A DNA stretch of 61,572 nucleotides, filler included, from Deltaproteobacteria bacterium (GTDB taxonomy: Bacteria; JAEEML01), in NCBI GenBank assembly GCA_016283195.1. It is 4 parts of 4 records of this genome, joined end to end, with 100 filler letters (N's around TTAATTAATTAA, not from the genome) between each part and the next. Parts side by side here need not be neighbours in the genome. Positions count along the whole stretch, not along the records: positions 24,493 to 52,720 come from JAEEML010000045.1; positions 52,821 to 61,572 come from JAEEML010000046.1; 2 more parts are not named here. The stretch is one strand, 5' to 3'. This document shows positions 48,493-57,685 of the stretch, one piece after another. Under the pieces are notes generated by a model, which saw nothing but the letters and a program-made list of their open reading frames with translations, had not been told where the DNA came from and searched no databases. Positions within the stretch are counted from its first letter, which is position 1. Every line of letters begins with the position of its first letter. The position numbers were made by a program, and so were the translations under genes.

Positions 48493-48985
48493 TTATAAGG
48501 CGCAGAAGTTATAGACGTCGGCAGCTTTACATTCTTTACCGTCGGCACAGCCAAGGGAATTATCGCCATCTTTGGTGCAGAGTTTGTGGCAAACATTGCC
48601 TTTTATACAGACCAGCCCTTTAGCGCAAGCGTTTGCAATATCACAGGCTTCACCAACTTGCTTAGTGCCAGCTTTTATAGCAGTCAAAGAATCGCCTATT
48701 GGTTGGCATGTTTCAGAGAGAGAAGCGTCATCGCTATATTCCCCATTGGCGCTAACAGTGTAAGTGCATTTCTTTTTGCATACACCCACATTGGGTTTAA
48801 TGATTGCACAAATGTCATTATCGCCCTCACAATCATTGCTAGTGGTGCAAGTACCAGAGATAGGCATGTCTCCAACGCAAGCACCTGTGCCCAAAAAATA
48901 GCTGTCAGGGCCAACGCTATATAGCGGCTCGCAATATTGGTTGTCATTGCACTCCGTTTTGCCATAATAGTCGGTGCATTTTTTG
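48493..48985 (-). pseudogene. 5'-truncated Cys-rich repeat protein
   Basis: The Cys-rich frame (KCTDYYGKTECNDNQYCEP...GEAC....CAKGLVC...CHKLC) extends upstream of the ORF call, with no in-frame ATG or signal peptide before a stop. Confidence 0.5.
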
Positions 48986-49142
48986 GAAAAAGTTGAAAAA
49001 AAGACTTGACAACCGATTATAGATCTAGCACCCTTGCTTGATTAACCATTGCCCGTCCTCCATAGCACCAGAAACAAGACGATTTTACCTAGTGTATTGG
49101 GCCTAGGCAATACCCAATCTATATTAATTTGTATTTAAAATT

Positions 49143-49631
49143 TTATAGCCTATGAGCCAGCGCCACGGCAATGGCCAGAGCATCGGAAGCATCTTTGGTT
49201 TTGATAGGCGGCAGGCCCAGCAAAATAGAAATCATTTCGCTCACCTGCTCTTTGCTGGCGTTACCGTTGCCCACAGCCGCTTTTTTTACCGCTGTGGGCG
49301 CAATTTCGCTGATTTGCACCCCGGCTTGTTCCATAGCCAGCATAATGACGCCGCGCACATGGCCCAAAACCAGGGCGCTGTGAGTATTTTCGGCATGAAA
49401 AATGGCTTCTACAGCTCCGGTCTCCGGCTGAAAGCGCTCAATAACAGCGCCGATTTTGGTATAAAGATTGGCCAGGCGGGCGGGGAGAGGAGTCTTTGTG
49501 CTCATGTTGATGACTCCATAGCCCAGGCACTTTATCTGGCTGCGCGGCGCGAGTTGCACTACGCCCCAGCCGCAGTGAATAGAACCGGGATCAATACCGA
49601 GTAATATGGGATAAGAGGGGAGGCTAGCCAC
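49143..49631 (-). CDS. ruvC: Holliday junction resolvase RuvC
   Basis: LGIDPG, VEAIF, VKKAAVGNGNASKEQV, DASDALAIA. Confidence 0.95.
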   Translation of the reverse strand: MASLPSYPILLGIDPGSIHCGWGVVQLAPRSQIKCLGYGVINMSTKTPLPARLANLYTKIGAVIERFQPETGAVEAIFHAENTHSALVLGHVRGVIMLAMEQAGVQISEIAPTAVKKAAVGNGNASKEQVSEMISILLGLPPIKTKDASDALAIAVALAHRL

Positions 49632-49636
49632 GGCTA

Positions 49637-50389
49637 TCAGGCGTTTTGCAGCCTTTCGAGCTCTTCTTCGTCGATGTCAAAGTTGGCATAGACATTACTG
49701 ACATCGTCACATTCTTCCAGCTTATCGATGAGCTTTAAGTTGTTGGCTGCATCTTTGCCGGTGACTTTAACGGTGTTGTCGGGCACGCGGGTGACTTCGG
49801 CCGAGATGTATTCCATCTTTTTGGCATCAAAGCCTTCTTTGACATCCACAAAGCTGGCGACATCGGTGGTGACGGTGATTTGATCGTCTTCCTGGGCCAC
49901 ATCATCGGCGCCGAGGTCGAGAGCGATTTCCATCAGCTCATCTTCGCTGTATTTGGCGGCATCAAAGATGATTTGCCCGCATTGTTTAAACATATAGGCC
50001 ACGCAGCCGGAGGCGCCCAAATTGCCGTTGGATTTGGAGAAAATCTGGCGCACATCGGAAGTGGTGCGGTTTTTGTTATCGGAAGTGGCTTCCACAAAAA
50101 TAGCCACGCCGCCGGGGCCGTAACCTTCAAAGGTCATTTCTTCGATGGTTTCGCCCTCGAGTTCGCCGGTGCCTTTTTTGATGGCGCGGTCGATATTGTC
50201 GTTGGGCATGTTTTGCGCTTTAGCTGTGGCAATAGCGGTACGCAGGCGGGCATTGGAAGTGGGATCACCGCCACCAGAGCGGGCAGCGATGGTGATCTCG
50301 CGGATTAATTTGGTAAAGATTTTGCCGCGTTTGGCATCTGCGGCGCCTTTTCTGGCTTTAATGGTGCTCCATTTGTTATGACCTGACAT
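49637..50389 (-). CDS. yebC: YebC/PmpR family protein
   Basis: MSGHNKWSTIK...EGYGPGGVA...DNKNRT...DDV.NVYANF. Confidence 0.96.
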   Translation of the reverse strand: MSGHNKWSTIKARKGAADAKRGKIFTKLIREITIAARSGGGDPTSNARLRTAIATAKAQNMPNDNIDRAIKKGTGELEGETIEEMTFEGYGPGGVAIFVEATSDNKNRTTSDVRQIFSKSNGNLGASGCVAYMFKQCGQIIFDAAKYSEDELMEIALDLGADDVAQEDDQITVTTDVASFVDVKEGFDAKKMEYISAEVTRVPDNTVKVTGKDAANNLKLIDKLEECDDVSNVYANFDIDEEELERLQNA

Positions 50390-50461
50390 TTAAGGTACTC
50401 CTTTAGTTTTAAAGCTTGAACCCTACCAAAGAGGGCAGGGTTGCATAGCATGGTTTAAGAA

Positions 50462-51982
50462 TTAATTCAAGCGTTTCTTAGGGAAGAAAATGAGGAAAAA
50501 GGCAAAGAGCAGGAGAAAAGCGGTGTCGGCATGAGAAGTGGCATTGCAACCGCTTTTAACTTCTTTGGTGGTACTCTCTGCCGGTTCGCCTTTTGGTTTA
50601 TAAACAGCGATATAGCCCTTTTTCTCTTTGATAATTTCGCCGCCACCCCAAGTGACTGTTAAAGTAACGGTATAGTCTCCGGGGGCGATGTATTCGTGAG
50701 TGGGGTTTTCTTCGCTGGAAATGGCCCCGGTGTCACCGAATTTCCACTTGTAACCGGTTATTTCTCCGCCCTTGGTGGTATTGGTAAAGGCGACTTTCAG
50801 CGGGGCATAACCGGCAGTCGGTGTGGCAGTGAAGTCCACGACCGGTTCAGTCGGCTTAATAATTTTGGCAGTGACATTTATTGCCGTGCTGTGGCCCATC
50901 TCACTATTAACAATAATCTGGTTGTTTAATTTGCCATCGCTGGCAGCGTCATTATTAATAGAGATAGTAACCACTTGTTCTTCGCCGACATTCAAAGTGC
51001 CGTCAAGCGGATTCATAAGCACCGGAGATTTGGTTTGCGCACTCCAGCGAACAGCCCGGCCGCCGCAATTGCGCACAGTGATGGTTTTGCTGGCAGAAGC
51101 GCCGTAAATGGATACATCGCCGAGATTTATTGCTTCCTCGGAAATGCAGGGATAACCGGGCAAGTCCGCTTTATTAAAATCAAAATAAAGCACATTGTGC
51201 CCGATTTCCAGCGGTGAACCGCTAGCCAAATTAACGGTGTCGGCCAGGACCTTCATGTAGCCCTTCATACCCCACTTCTCGCCGAGAATATTGCGAATAA
51301 TGAAGAGCAGGCGGCCCTTGTCATCGGTTTCCCAGCCAACCAGCGTGACGGTGTAAACGCCGATAGAGGCCTCCTCGGCTTCCGGTTCATAGAGGCCGCT
51401 GGTATAATTTCCCATGCTGTTAAAGAAAGTCATGGTAATAGCCAGTGGGCCATGTTCGAGAAGAGCTTTTTTGAGAGTCTCCTTTGTGTGGGAACCCTGT
51501 AAATCGCAATTAGCGGCTTTAAGCTGCCGCTGAGCAATTTGGGCACAGTTATTGGTTGAACACTCCGGAGCTATGTTGTTAGCCGGAGTAGGTGCCAGAG
51601 ATACACACTGTTCATCGGTGAGCCCGGTTGTTATGCGGCTGCAAATATTTTTAAAAAGCTGGCCGGCTATTGGTGAATCATTGCATTTTTCGCCGGCGTA
51701 GTAGCCACATTGATAAGTATATTGCTCGCTGAGATTGATATGATAGCCGGGCTCATTCAGTTGCGCGGCCATAGCTCCCTCGATAGCGGCATTTACTCCA
51801 TGCTCCCAACACCTTGTTTCTTCCAGGGCACTGAGAGAAGCCACATGATTTTCAAAGGGAGGCAAAAAGTTTTTACCGCCGACATTTGTCCAGCTGAAGG
51901 CTGCGTCAGACACGGTGGCACTACCGGCTGCCGGCAAATATGCACTAAGCAAAGAGCTGATAAGCAAGATGTGGAAAGTCAT
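50462..51982 (-). CDS. Papain-like C1A-fold protein with Ig-like and PKD domains and a MYXO-CTERM-like tail
   Basis: CW, NLSEQY, HGPL, VTLVGW, IRN..G.KWG.KGY; PKD motif WKFGD...NPTHEY..PGDYTVTLTV; tail SGC-TM-KKR. Confidence 0.75.
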   Translation of the reverse strand: MTFHILLISSLLSAYLPAAGSATVSDAAFSWTNVGGKNFLPPFENHVASLSALEETRCWEHGVNAAIEGAMAAQLNEPGYHINLSEQYTYQCGYYAGEKCNDSPIAGQLFKNICSRITTGLTDEQCVSLAPTPANNIAPECSTNNCAQIAQRQLKAANCDLQGSHTKETLKKALLEHGPLAITMTFFNSMGNYTSGLYEPEAEEASIGVYTVTLVGWETDDKGRLLFIIRNILGEKWGMKGYMKVLADTVNLASGSPLEIGHNVLYFDFNKADLPGYPCISEEAINLGDVSIYGASASKTITVRNCGGRAVRWSAQTKSPVLMNPLDGTLNVGEEQVVTISINNDAASDGKLNNQIIVNSEMGHSTAINVTAKIIKPTEPVVDFTATPTAGYAPLKVAFTNTTKGGEITGYKWKFGDTGAISSEENPTHEYIAPGDYTVTLTVTWGGGEIIKEKKGYIAVYKPKGEPAESTTKEVKSGCNATSHADTAFLLLFAFFLIFFPKKRLN

Positions 51983-52005
51983 GTGCGCCTCCTACAAAAA
52001 AATAA

Positions 52006-52626
52006 TTATTTGCCACCGCCGATATTACCAAAGCGGAAAGAGATACCGACGTGCAAACCATGGTAACCTAAATCAAAGCGCATAGCGGCAGCTTTGCTGA
52101 AGTTCCAATAGGCACCGATCGAAGTTTCCCAATCGAAGTCCGCAGCGCTGTGACCGTTATAGCTACGTGCGGCCCAGAATCTTACACCAAAGAGGGTGCG
52201 GATATAGACGGTCCAAGCTTTGGTGAGGTAGAGCGAATAGCGCACGCCGCCCATAATACTTTGATAATAGGCGGTGGAATAGCCATAATCGCCATACCAA
52301 AGACCGAGAGTTGTACCAACTTCAATTTCAAAAGAATCGTTAAGAGCCGGAGCAAAGCCGTTGGGTACGATGGGAATATCGAGCCAGAGTGAAGGACCGA
52401 CATACCACCAGTTGGCGCCCACGGTGACATCGAGAGTGAGCGGGCGGCCATGCTTTGTGCCTTTGGGCTCTTTTAAAGTCAGCTTGCTGCTTTTGCCTGA
52501 AGACTCGGAACTGCCGGAAGAAGAGGAGCTGGCAGAAGATTCCTCTTTGGTTTCTTCATCGGCATAAGCAGCGGGAGCAGCGAGTAACATAGCGGCTATT
52601 AAGGCCCATAACATTGATTTTTTCAT
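52006..52626 (-). CDS. Small outer-membrane beta-barrel-like protein
   Basis: Signal peptide, Ser-rich linker, and aromatic-rich amphipathic strands ending GISFRF. Confidence 0.55.
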   Translation of the reverse strand: MKKSMLWALIAAMLLAAPAAYADEETKEESSASSSSSGSSESSGKSSKLTLKEPKGTKHGRPLTLDVTVGANWWYVGPSLWLDIPIVPNGFAPALNDSFEIEVGTTLGLWYGDYGYSTAYYQSIMGGVRYSLYLTKAWTVYIRTLFGVRFWAARSYNGHSAADFDWETSIGAYWNFSKAAAMRFDLGYHGLHVGISFRFGNIGGGK

Positions 52627-52720
52627 AAAATCCTCCTAATTGTACCGAATGCGGTACGAGTTTACGCCACACCTTATAAACGAATTTTTCTATGGCCTCA
52701 ATGAAAAAATTAGTTTTAAA

Positions 52721-52820
52721 NNNNNNNNNNNNNNNNNNNNNNNNNNNNNNNNNNNNNNNNNNNNTTAATTAATTAANNNNNNNNNNNNNNNNNNNNNNNN
52801 NNNNNNNNNNNNNNNNNNNN
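52721..52820. other. Artificial contig linker
   Basis: N-run containing TTAATTAATTAA. Confidence 0.97.
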
Positions 52821-52821
52821 A

Positions 52822-53187
52822 AATATAGCTAATTATTTGCAAAAAGCAGCTGTTGAAATTACCTGCACTGATTTTGCCGGCGCCTCTCAAAGCGTTAAAG
52901 AAAATGATTTTGTGTACTTTGACAGCCCCTATGTTCCCGAAAGCGCCACTGCCGATTTTACCGCTTATGCTAAAAATGGTTTTAAAACGGGAGACCATGA
53001 ACGGCTTGCCACCTTATTTAAAGAGCTCGATCAAAAAGGGGCCAAGCTAATGCTCTCCAATAATGATGTAGAAATGGTGCGTGACCTTTATAGCGGCTAT
53101 AAATTCAGCCATTTAAGCGTTAAGAGACTCATCAACCGCGAAGCGGCAAAGCGCCAAGGCAAAGAAGTTATTATTACTAATTATTGA
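52822..53187 (+). CDS. Dam/DpnII-like N6-adenine DNA methyltransferase, C-terminal part
   Basis: DFVYFDSPY, FTAY...F, MLSN, R.IN....R..KEVIITNY; 5' part lost in the gap. Confidence 0.88.
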   Translation, partial: NIANYLQKAAVEITCTDFAGASQSVKENDFVYFDSPYVPESATADFTAYAKNGFKTGDHERLATLFKELDQKGAKLMLSNNDVEMVRDLYSGYKFSHLSVKRLINREAAKRQGKEVIITNY

Positions 53188-53403
53188 GAGATATTATCAT
53201 GTTGTTCCGCCCAAAGTGAACTAGGCGAATCCGCTACCTGTGAGGGCGAGAAATTGTAAAAATAGAGAACAGCAAGATGCCAATAATTTTCGGTAGTTGC
53301 CTAAATATGGCCCGCAATCGCCCCAAATTCAGCTTTTAAAAACTCCCCCAAAATGATACTTCACCAGGTGTGCGCCTTAACAGCACGCATGAGGTATTTC
53401 AGG

Positions 53404-54123
53404 ATGATTATCTTTATAACCAGCAGTCCCTGTTTGGAAGGTGAAGCCGAGATAACAGGCATGAACGGCTTCTTGGATGACTTACGGGCGGCGGTGCCGG
53501 AAGGGGCAAAGGGGCTCTTTGTCACCGCCGCTCCCGATGATGAAGGGTATAGTGACTGGTGCGCCTATTCTATGAAAAATTCTCTGGAAATATCGGGCAT
53601 TAGCTTTAATTCTTATGATTTGCTCGACCGGCGCACTGCCTCTGAGGCCGCCGCCTTGGTTAGCCGGAGCAATTTTATTATCTTGGGCGGCGGCCACACG
53701 CCCACCCAAAATGCCTTTTTTCAGGAAATAGAGTTAAAAAAGCTCTTAAAGGGCTTTAAAGGCGTCATCATGGGCATCAGCGCCGGCAGCATGAATCTGG
53801 CTAAAACCGTCTATTCCCACCCGGAAGAGCCGGGCGAGGCGGTAAGCCCGGAATATCAGCGCTTTTTGCCTGGCCTTAGCCTCACCACCTACCAAATTTG
53901 CCCGCATCTCCAGAAGGTGCGCTATAACATTTTAGACGGCCTCCGCCTTTTTGAAGATGTCATTTTTAAAGACAGCTTTGGCAATACCTTTTACGCCCTG
54001 CCCGATGGCAGCTATATCCGTCAGGAAAAAGGGCACGCCGTTCTGCGCGGCGAAGCCTATCTCATAAAAGATGGGGAGATGCGGGAAATCTGCCGGGAAG
54101 GCGGAGAAATTAAGTTAAAATAA
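53404..54123 (+). CDS. Peptidase S51 (dipeptidase E-like), class I glutamine amidotransferase fold
   Basis: IILGGGH, nucleophile elbow GISAGSMN, PH. Confidence 0.8.
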   Translation: MIIFITSSPCLEGEAEITGMNGFLDDLRAAVPEGAKGLFVTAAPDDEGYSDWCAYSMKNSLEISGISFNSYDLLDRRTASEAAALVSRSNFIILGGGHTPTQNAFFQEIELKKLLKGFKGVIMGISAGSMNLAKTVYSHPEEPGEAVSPEYQRFLPGLSLTTYQICPHLQKVRYNILDGLRLFEDVIFKDSFGNTFYALPDGSYIRQEKGHAVLRGEAYLIKDGEMREICREGGEIKLK

Positions 54124-54143
54124 GCCTAAATAATATCAATTAA

Positions 54144-56660
54144 TTAGAATACCTGGCCGGAGAGTTTGCCGGTGACGGTGAGGCCGATGATAACATCGTT
54201 AGCAAAACCGGTATCTTTGCCTTTTTCCCGATAGAAGAAGAAATCATCGGTAACGCTAAAGCCGAGAGGCCCAATAACGTTAAGAATGAGTTTATTGTGC
54301 CAAGTGCCCTTAACTGTGGGGTTATCCACAAAATCGCTCATGAAGATATTGAGATTGGACTCGGCCATAAGGGTAAAGGGGCCAACTTCCGCCAAAGTAA
54401 CGAGGTCCAAAGTATAACCGGTTTCCACACCAAAGACCACCGGGTCATTGGCATCTAAGAGCTCTTTTTGCCAGCCGCAGCCGATTTTGAACTCAAACGG
54501 TGTCCAGGGTTTCCAGCGCACACCAAGGGTGGCTGTTAGCTCCAAGTGGTGATAATCACGCGGGGCCGGTGTAATAGTGCCATCGGCAGCTTTGGTTTCA
54601 CCGGGCTTCGTAAATTCCGATTCCAAAACCGCTTCGGCATAGGGCAGCGGAATGAACCAGGAAGGCATCATCTCTTTGAAGCCGTTATAGCGATAAAGAG
54701 CGGAGAAGGTCATTAAATCTTCGCTTTCCACATAAGGTTCGGCATCAACAGAGCTCATGCTGTAACGCAAAATAGCCTGAGCGGTAAAGAGGTGCAATGA
54801 AGAAACACCATCAGCCTTTAAATGCAGTAGGCCGCGCAAAGAGCGCTGCTCTGATCTCTGCAAGAGCGCCTGGTCATAGCCAATCTCATCTTTAACCGAG
54901 GTATCGGTGAAGCTTAATTGTCCCAATCCATAGAAATACCAGCGGGCTTTTCTCGCCAGATTGGGGAAATTTTTCACTGGGTCGATAGCTACCGGTTTTT
55001 TGCCGGTGTACATGGGATCATTAAGATGATCTCTTGTTAAATCGGCCATAGTAGGCGGTGTGGGGCTCTTGCGCGGTTTATAAACTTTGAGGCGGCCAGT
55101 AAAGGCAGACATATAACCCTTGCGCCCGCTGGCCAAGGATTCGGCCACGCCAACGGTAAAGCGATCATCACCGGCCGGAGCGCGGCCGTTGATGGTACCG
55201 GCAGCACAATCGGCACCGTAAATAACAATGCCGCTCTTGCCGTATTTGGCTTTTTCTTCATTAACCACAGCGCAGAGGCCCAAAATTTCGCCGCCTTTGA
55301 GTTTGGCGGTGTAAACAGCGCCGTTGTCGGAAATGCCGGCAAAAAGCTGGTGCTGGCTGATATTACCCTTGATGGGGAAATATTCGGGATTAACCATATT
55401 GCTGTCGAAAATCAAAATCTCGCTGCCGGTGGCATGGCGGGTGCTCTGAGCAATAAGTTCGCCAAATTGTTCGGCGCTCATCTCACCATTAATAGCGGCG
55501 ACGCTCACCGGTTTATTCATCTCCTCGCAATAGGCTTTTACTTCGTTATCAAAAGTGCCGGCCAAGGTGCTGTCGGTTTTATCGGGGCTGATTTCAATGA
55601 GAGTGCTGTCGCCGCGCACCATTTTCCAGCCCTCTTCGGTGCCTTCAAATTCCAAAGAGAGTTTATTAAAGCCGGTGCCGTCGGCCGGAGCCGAGAAAAT
55701 AGGAGCAGCATTATTATTCATCTCGATGCGGTAAGCCAGAGCATCGCCGCCCTCATAACCTGCAGCCAGCACCAAGTCAATATCGGCTACTGTGCGGGCC
55801 AGAGCAATGGTTTTGGCCGGAGCGGAGTTACCGTCATCAATATCGACAACGGCAATAACCAAATCGGCCCCTTTATCCTTGGCTTTAGCGGCTAGTTCTG
55901 AAGCGGCGTCATCAATTTTCTCAATGGTGAAATCCTCGGTGTTGGCTTTATCGGCCAGGCTATTCAGCTTATCGGCAGCAATACCCAGGAGGGCTATTTT
56001 CAAGCCGTTTTGCTCCACCATGCTGTAACCGTCTTCGCTGCGCAGGCCGGTATATTTGCCCTCTTTAGCCTTAATATTACTAATAAACATGGGGATTTTT
56101 TGGGCCTGAATCTCGCTGTAATAGGCTTTAAAAATTTCCGGATCGAGGTAAAAATCATAGCCGCCGGGGAGCACATAATCAAATTTGGCTTTGCCCCAAA
56201 GTTCGGCCAGTTCCTTGGCACCATCCGCCCCCCTTTCCAGAAAGCGGCGAGCCATGGGCGTGGGGCCCAGGAGGCTACCGGCAGAGATAACCAAACTGTT
56301 GCCCCGTTCGGCGGCGATAGTGCCTAGAATATTGGCATAGCTGGTCTCTTTTTTGCCCTCTTCGCAGCTAAGCGGAGCAATAGCGCCGTTTAAATCGGCT
56401 AAAAAGAGCAAATCAAGTTGGCCTTTTTTGCCGATTATGCGGCTGTAATCGCGTTTATTTTTCTTTTTGCCGTCTTTATCGGCAGCCGCCACCGCTTCGG
56501 TAGCCGGAGCTTCTTCGCTCACGGCATCGTTATTTTGGGCTTCGCTTGCGGCATCACTCACCGCGTCCGCCGCCTCAGCCTTGGCCGTTTCCGCTGCCGG
56601 ATCAGCCACCTGACCCAGCAGGAACAATGAAATCACTAGCAATTCTTTCATCATCTTCAC
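54144..56660 (-). CDS. Degenerate 5'-nucleotidase-like domain fused to a putative outer-membrane beta-barrel
   Basis: UshA-like landmarks (NGLKIALLGI, GADLVIAV, IDLVL) with altered metal ligands; the C-terminal ~260 aa are amphipathic strands ending in F. Confidence 0.6.
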   Translation of the reverse strand: MKMMKELLVISLFLLGQVADPAAETAKAEAADAVSDAASEAQNNDAVSEEAPATEAVAAADKDGKKKNKRDYSRIIGKKGQLDLLFLADLNGAIAPLSCEEGKKETSYANILGTIAAERGNSLVISAGSLLGPTPMARRFLERGADGAKELAELWGKAKFDYVLPGGYDFYLDPEIFKAYYSEIQAQKIPMFISNIKAKEGKYTGLRSEDGYSMVEQNGLKIALLGIAADKLNSLADKANTEDFTIEKIDDAASELAAKAKDKGADLVIAVVDIDDGNSAPAKTIALARTVADIDLVLAAGYEGGDALAYRIEMNNNAAPIFSAPADGTGFNKLSLEFEGTEEGWKMVRGDSTLIEISPDKTDSTLAGTFDNEVKAYCEEMNKPVSVAAINGEMSAEQFGELIAQSTRHATGSEILIFDSNMVNPEYFPIKGNISQHQLFAGISDNGAVYTAKLKGGEILGLCAVVNEEKAKYGKSGIVIYGADCAAGTINGRAPAGDDRFTVGVAESLASGRKGYMSAFTGRLKVYKPRKSPTPPTMADLTRDHLNDPMYTGKKPVAIDPVKNFPNLARKARWYFYGLGQLSFTDTSVKDEIGYDQALLQRSEQRSLRGLLHLKADGVSSLHLFTAQAILRYSMSSVDAEPYVESEDLMTFSALYRYNGFKEMMPSWFIPLPYAEAVLESEFTKPGETKAADGTITPAPRDYHHLELTATLGVRWKPWTPFEFKIGCGWQKELLDANDPVVFGVETGYTLDLVTLAEVGPFTLMAESNLNIFMSDFVDNPTVKGTWHNKLILNVIGPLGFSVTDDFFFYREKGKDTGFANDVIIGLTVTGKLSGQVF

Positions 56661-56677
56661 CTACCTTGTTAAAGGGT

Positions 56678-57562
56678 TTATTCTGTGCGGCCATCAGCGG
56701 CCGGAACATAAAATGGATGGGGATTTTTGGGCTGGTAGCCAAATTGCTCGGCCATCTCACCCACTATTTGCACATAAAAAGCACTGGGATTATAGCGATA
56801 TATCGCTTTATAAGTGGCGCTGCCCGGCTCTATGGCTACGCCATTTTTAAAGCCGTGGCGGTGTAAATAATTGGCGCAGGAAGCTATAGCCTCAGGCCAA
56901 TTGCCGAGATCAATAAAGCCGTCACCGTTTTCATCAACACCGTAAGCTTTGATACTTGATGGCATAAATTGCGGATAACCTATAGCCCCGGCATAACTGC
57001 CCATCACTGCGAGAACATCATGTTTTTCATAAAGCTTTATCAAAGTGGCCAGTTCATTAACTGCCCAGGCGCGGCGGCGCGGATAACCGATGGCAATGGT
57101 AGCGAGAGCATTAAGAGCCCGGTAGCGCCCTTTGTGGCGGCCAAAGCGCGTCTCCACTCCGATAAGGCCGGCTAGAGCCGCCTTATCAACGGCATATTTT
57201 TCACCTGCTGCTGCGAGCTCGCTTTGGTGCTCCTCTAAAAAAGCCATACCTTCCTTAAGGCGCTCCGGCTTTATAAATATATTGCGATAACGCTCATAAG
57301 TCATGGATTTTTCGGCAGGTTTAGTCATTTGCGGCACAACGTCATCGTAATAACCGGCGCGCTTATCAGCCGCGATTTTTTCCCACACTTCGGCCTGCAC
57401 TCCGGCGGCGATAAGGGCCTTTTTAACTTCGTCATAGGCCCTAACCTCACTGCCGGTAAGAGCCTTAAAGCCCCCTTCCCTAATGGGTTTCGGCTCCTCA
57501 TCGGCCCGGGCAAAGCCAACATAACCAATAAATATTATTAAGAAAATGCTTAAAAGTCGCAT
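56678..57562 (-). CDS. mltB: MltB-family lytic murein transglycosylase
   Basis: GVETRFG, GSYAGAIGYPQFMPSS, EF-hand DENGDGFIDL, YRYN.S. Confidence 0.88.
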   Translation of the reverse strand: MRLLSIFLIIFIGYVGFARADEEPKPIREGGFKALTGSEVRAYDEVKKALIAAGVQAEVWEKIAADKRAGYYDDVVPQMTKPAEKSMTYERYRNIFIKPERLKEGMAFLEEHQSELAAAGEKYAVDKAALAGLIGVETRFGRHKGRYRALNALATIAIGYPRRRAWAVNELATLIKLYEKHDVLAVMGSYAGAIGYPQFMPSSIKAYGVDENGDGFIDLGNWPEAIASCANYLHRHGFKNGVAIEPGSATYKAIYRYNPSAFYVQIVGEMAEQFGYQPKNPHPFYVPAADGRTE

Positions 57563-57685
57563 TAATAAATCCCTTTGGCGCCTAAATTCTCGGCACACCG
57601 GCTAGCGGCACATTACTACATCTAATCGCGCTCTTCTAGGTTATTTGTTATTGCAATTAAATTTATTATTCATTAAAAAGGCAGC

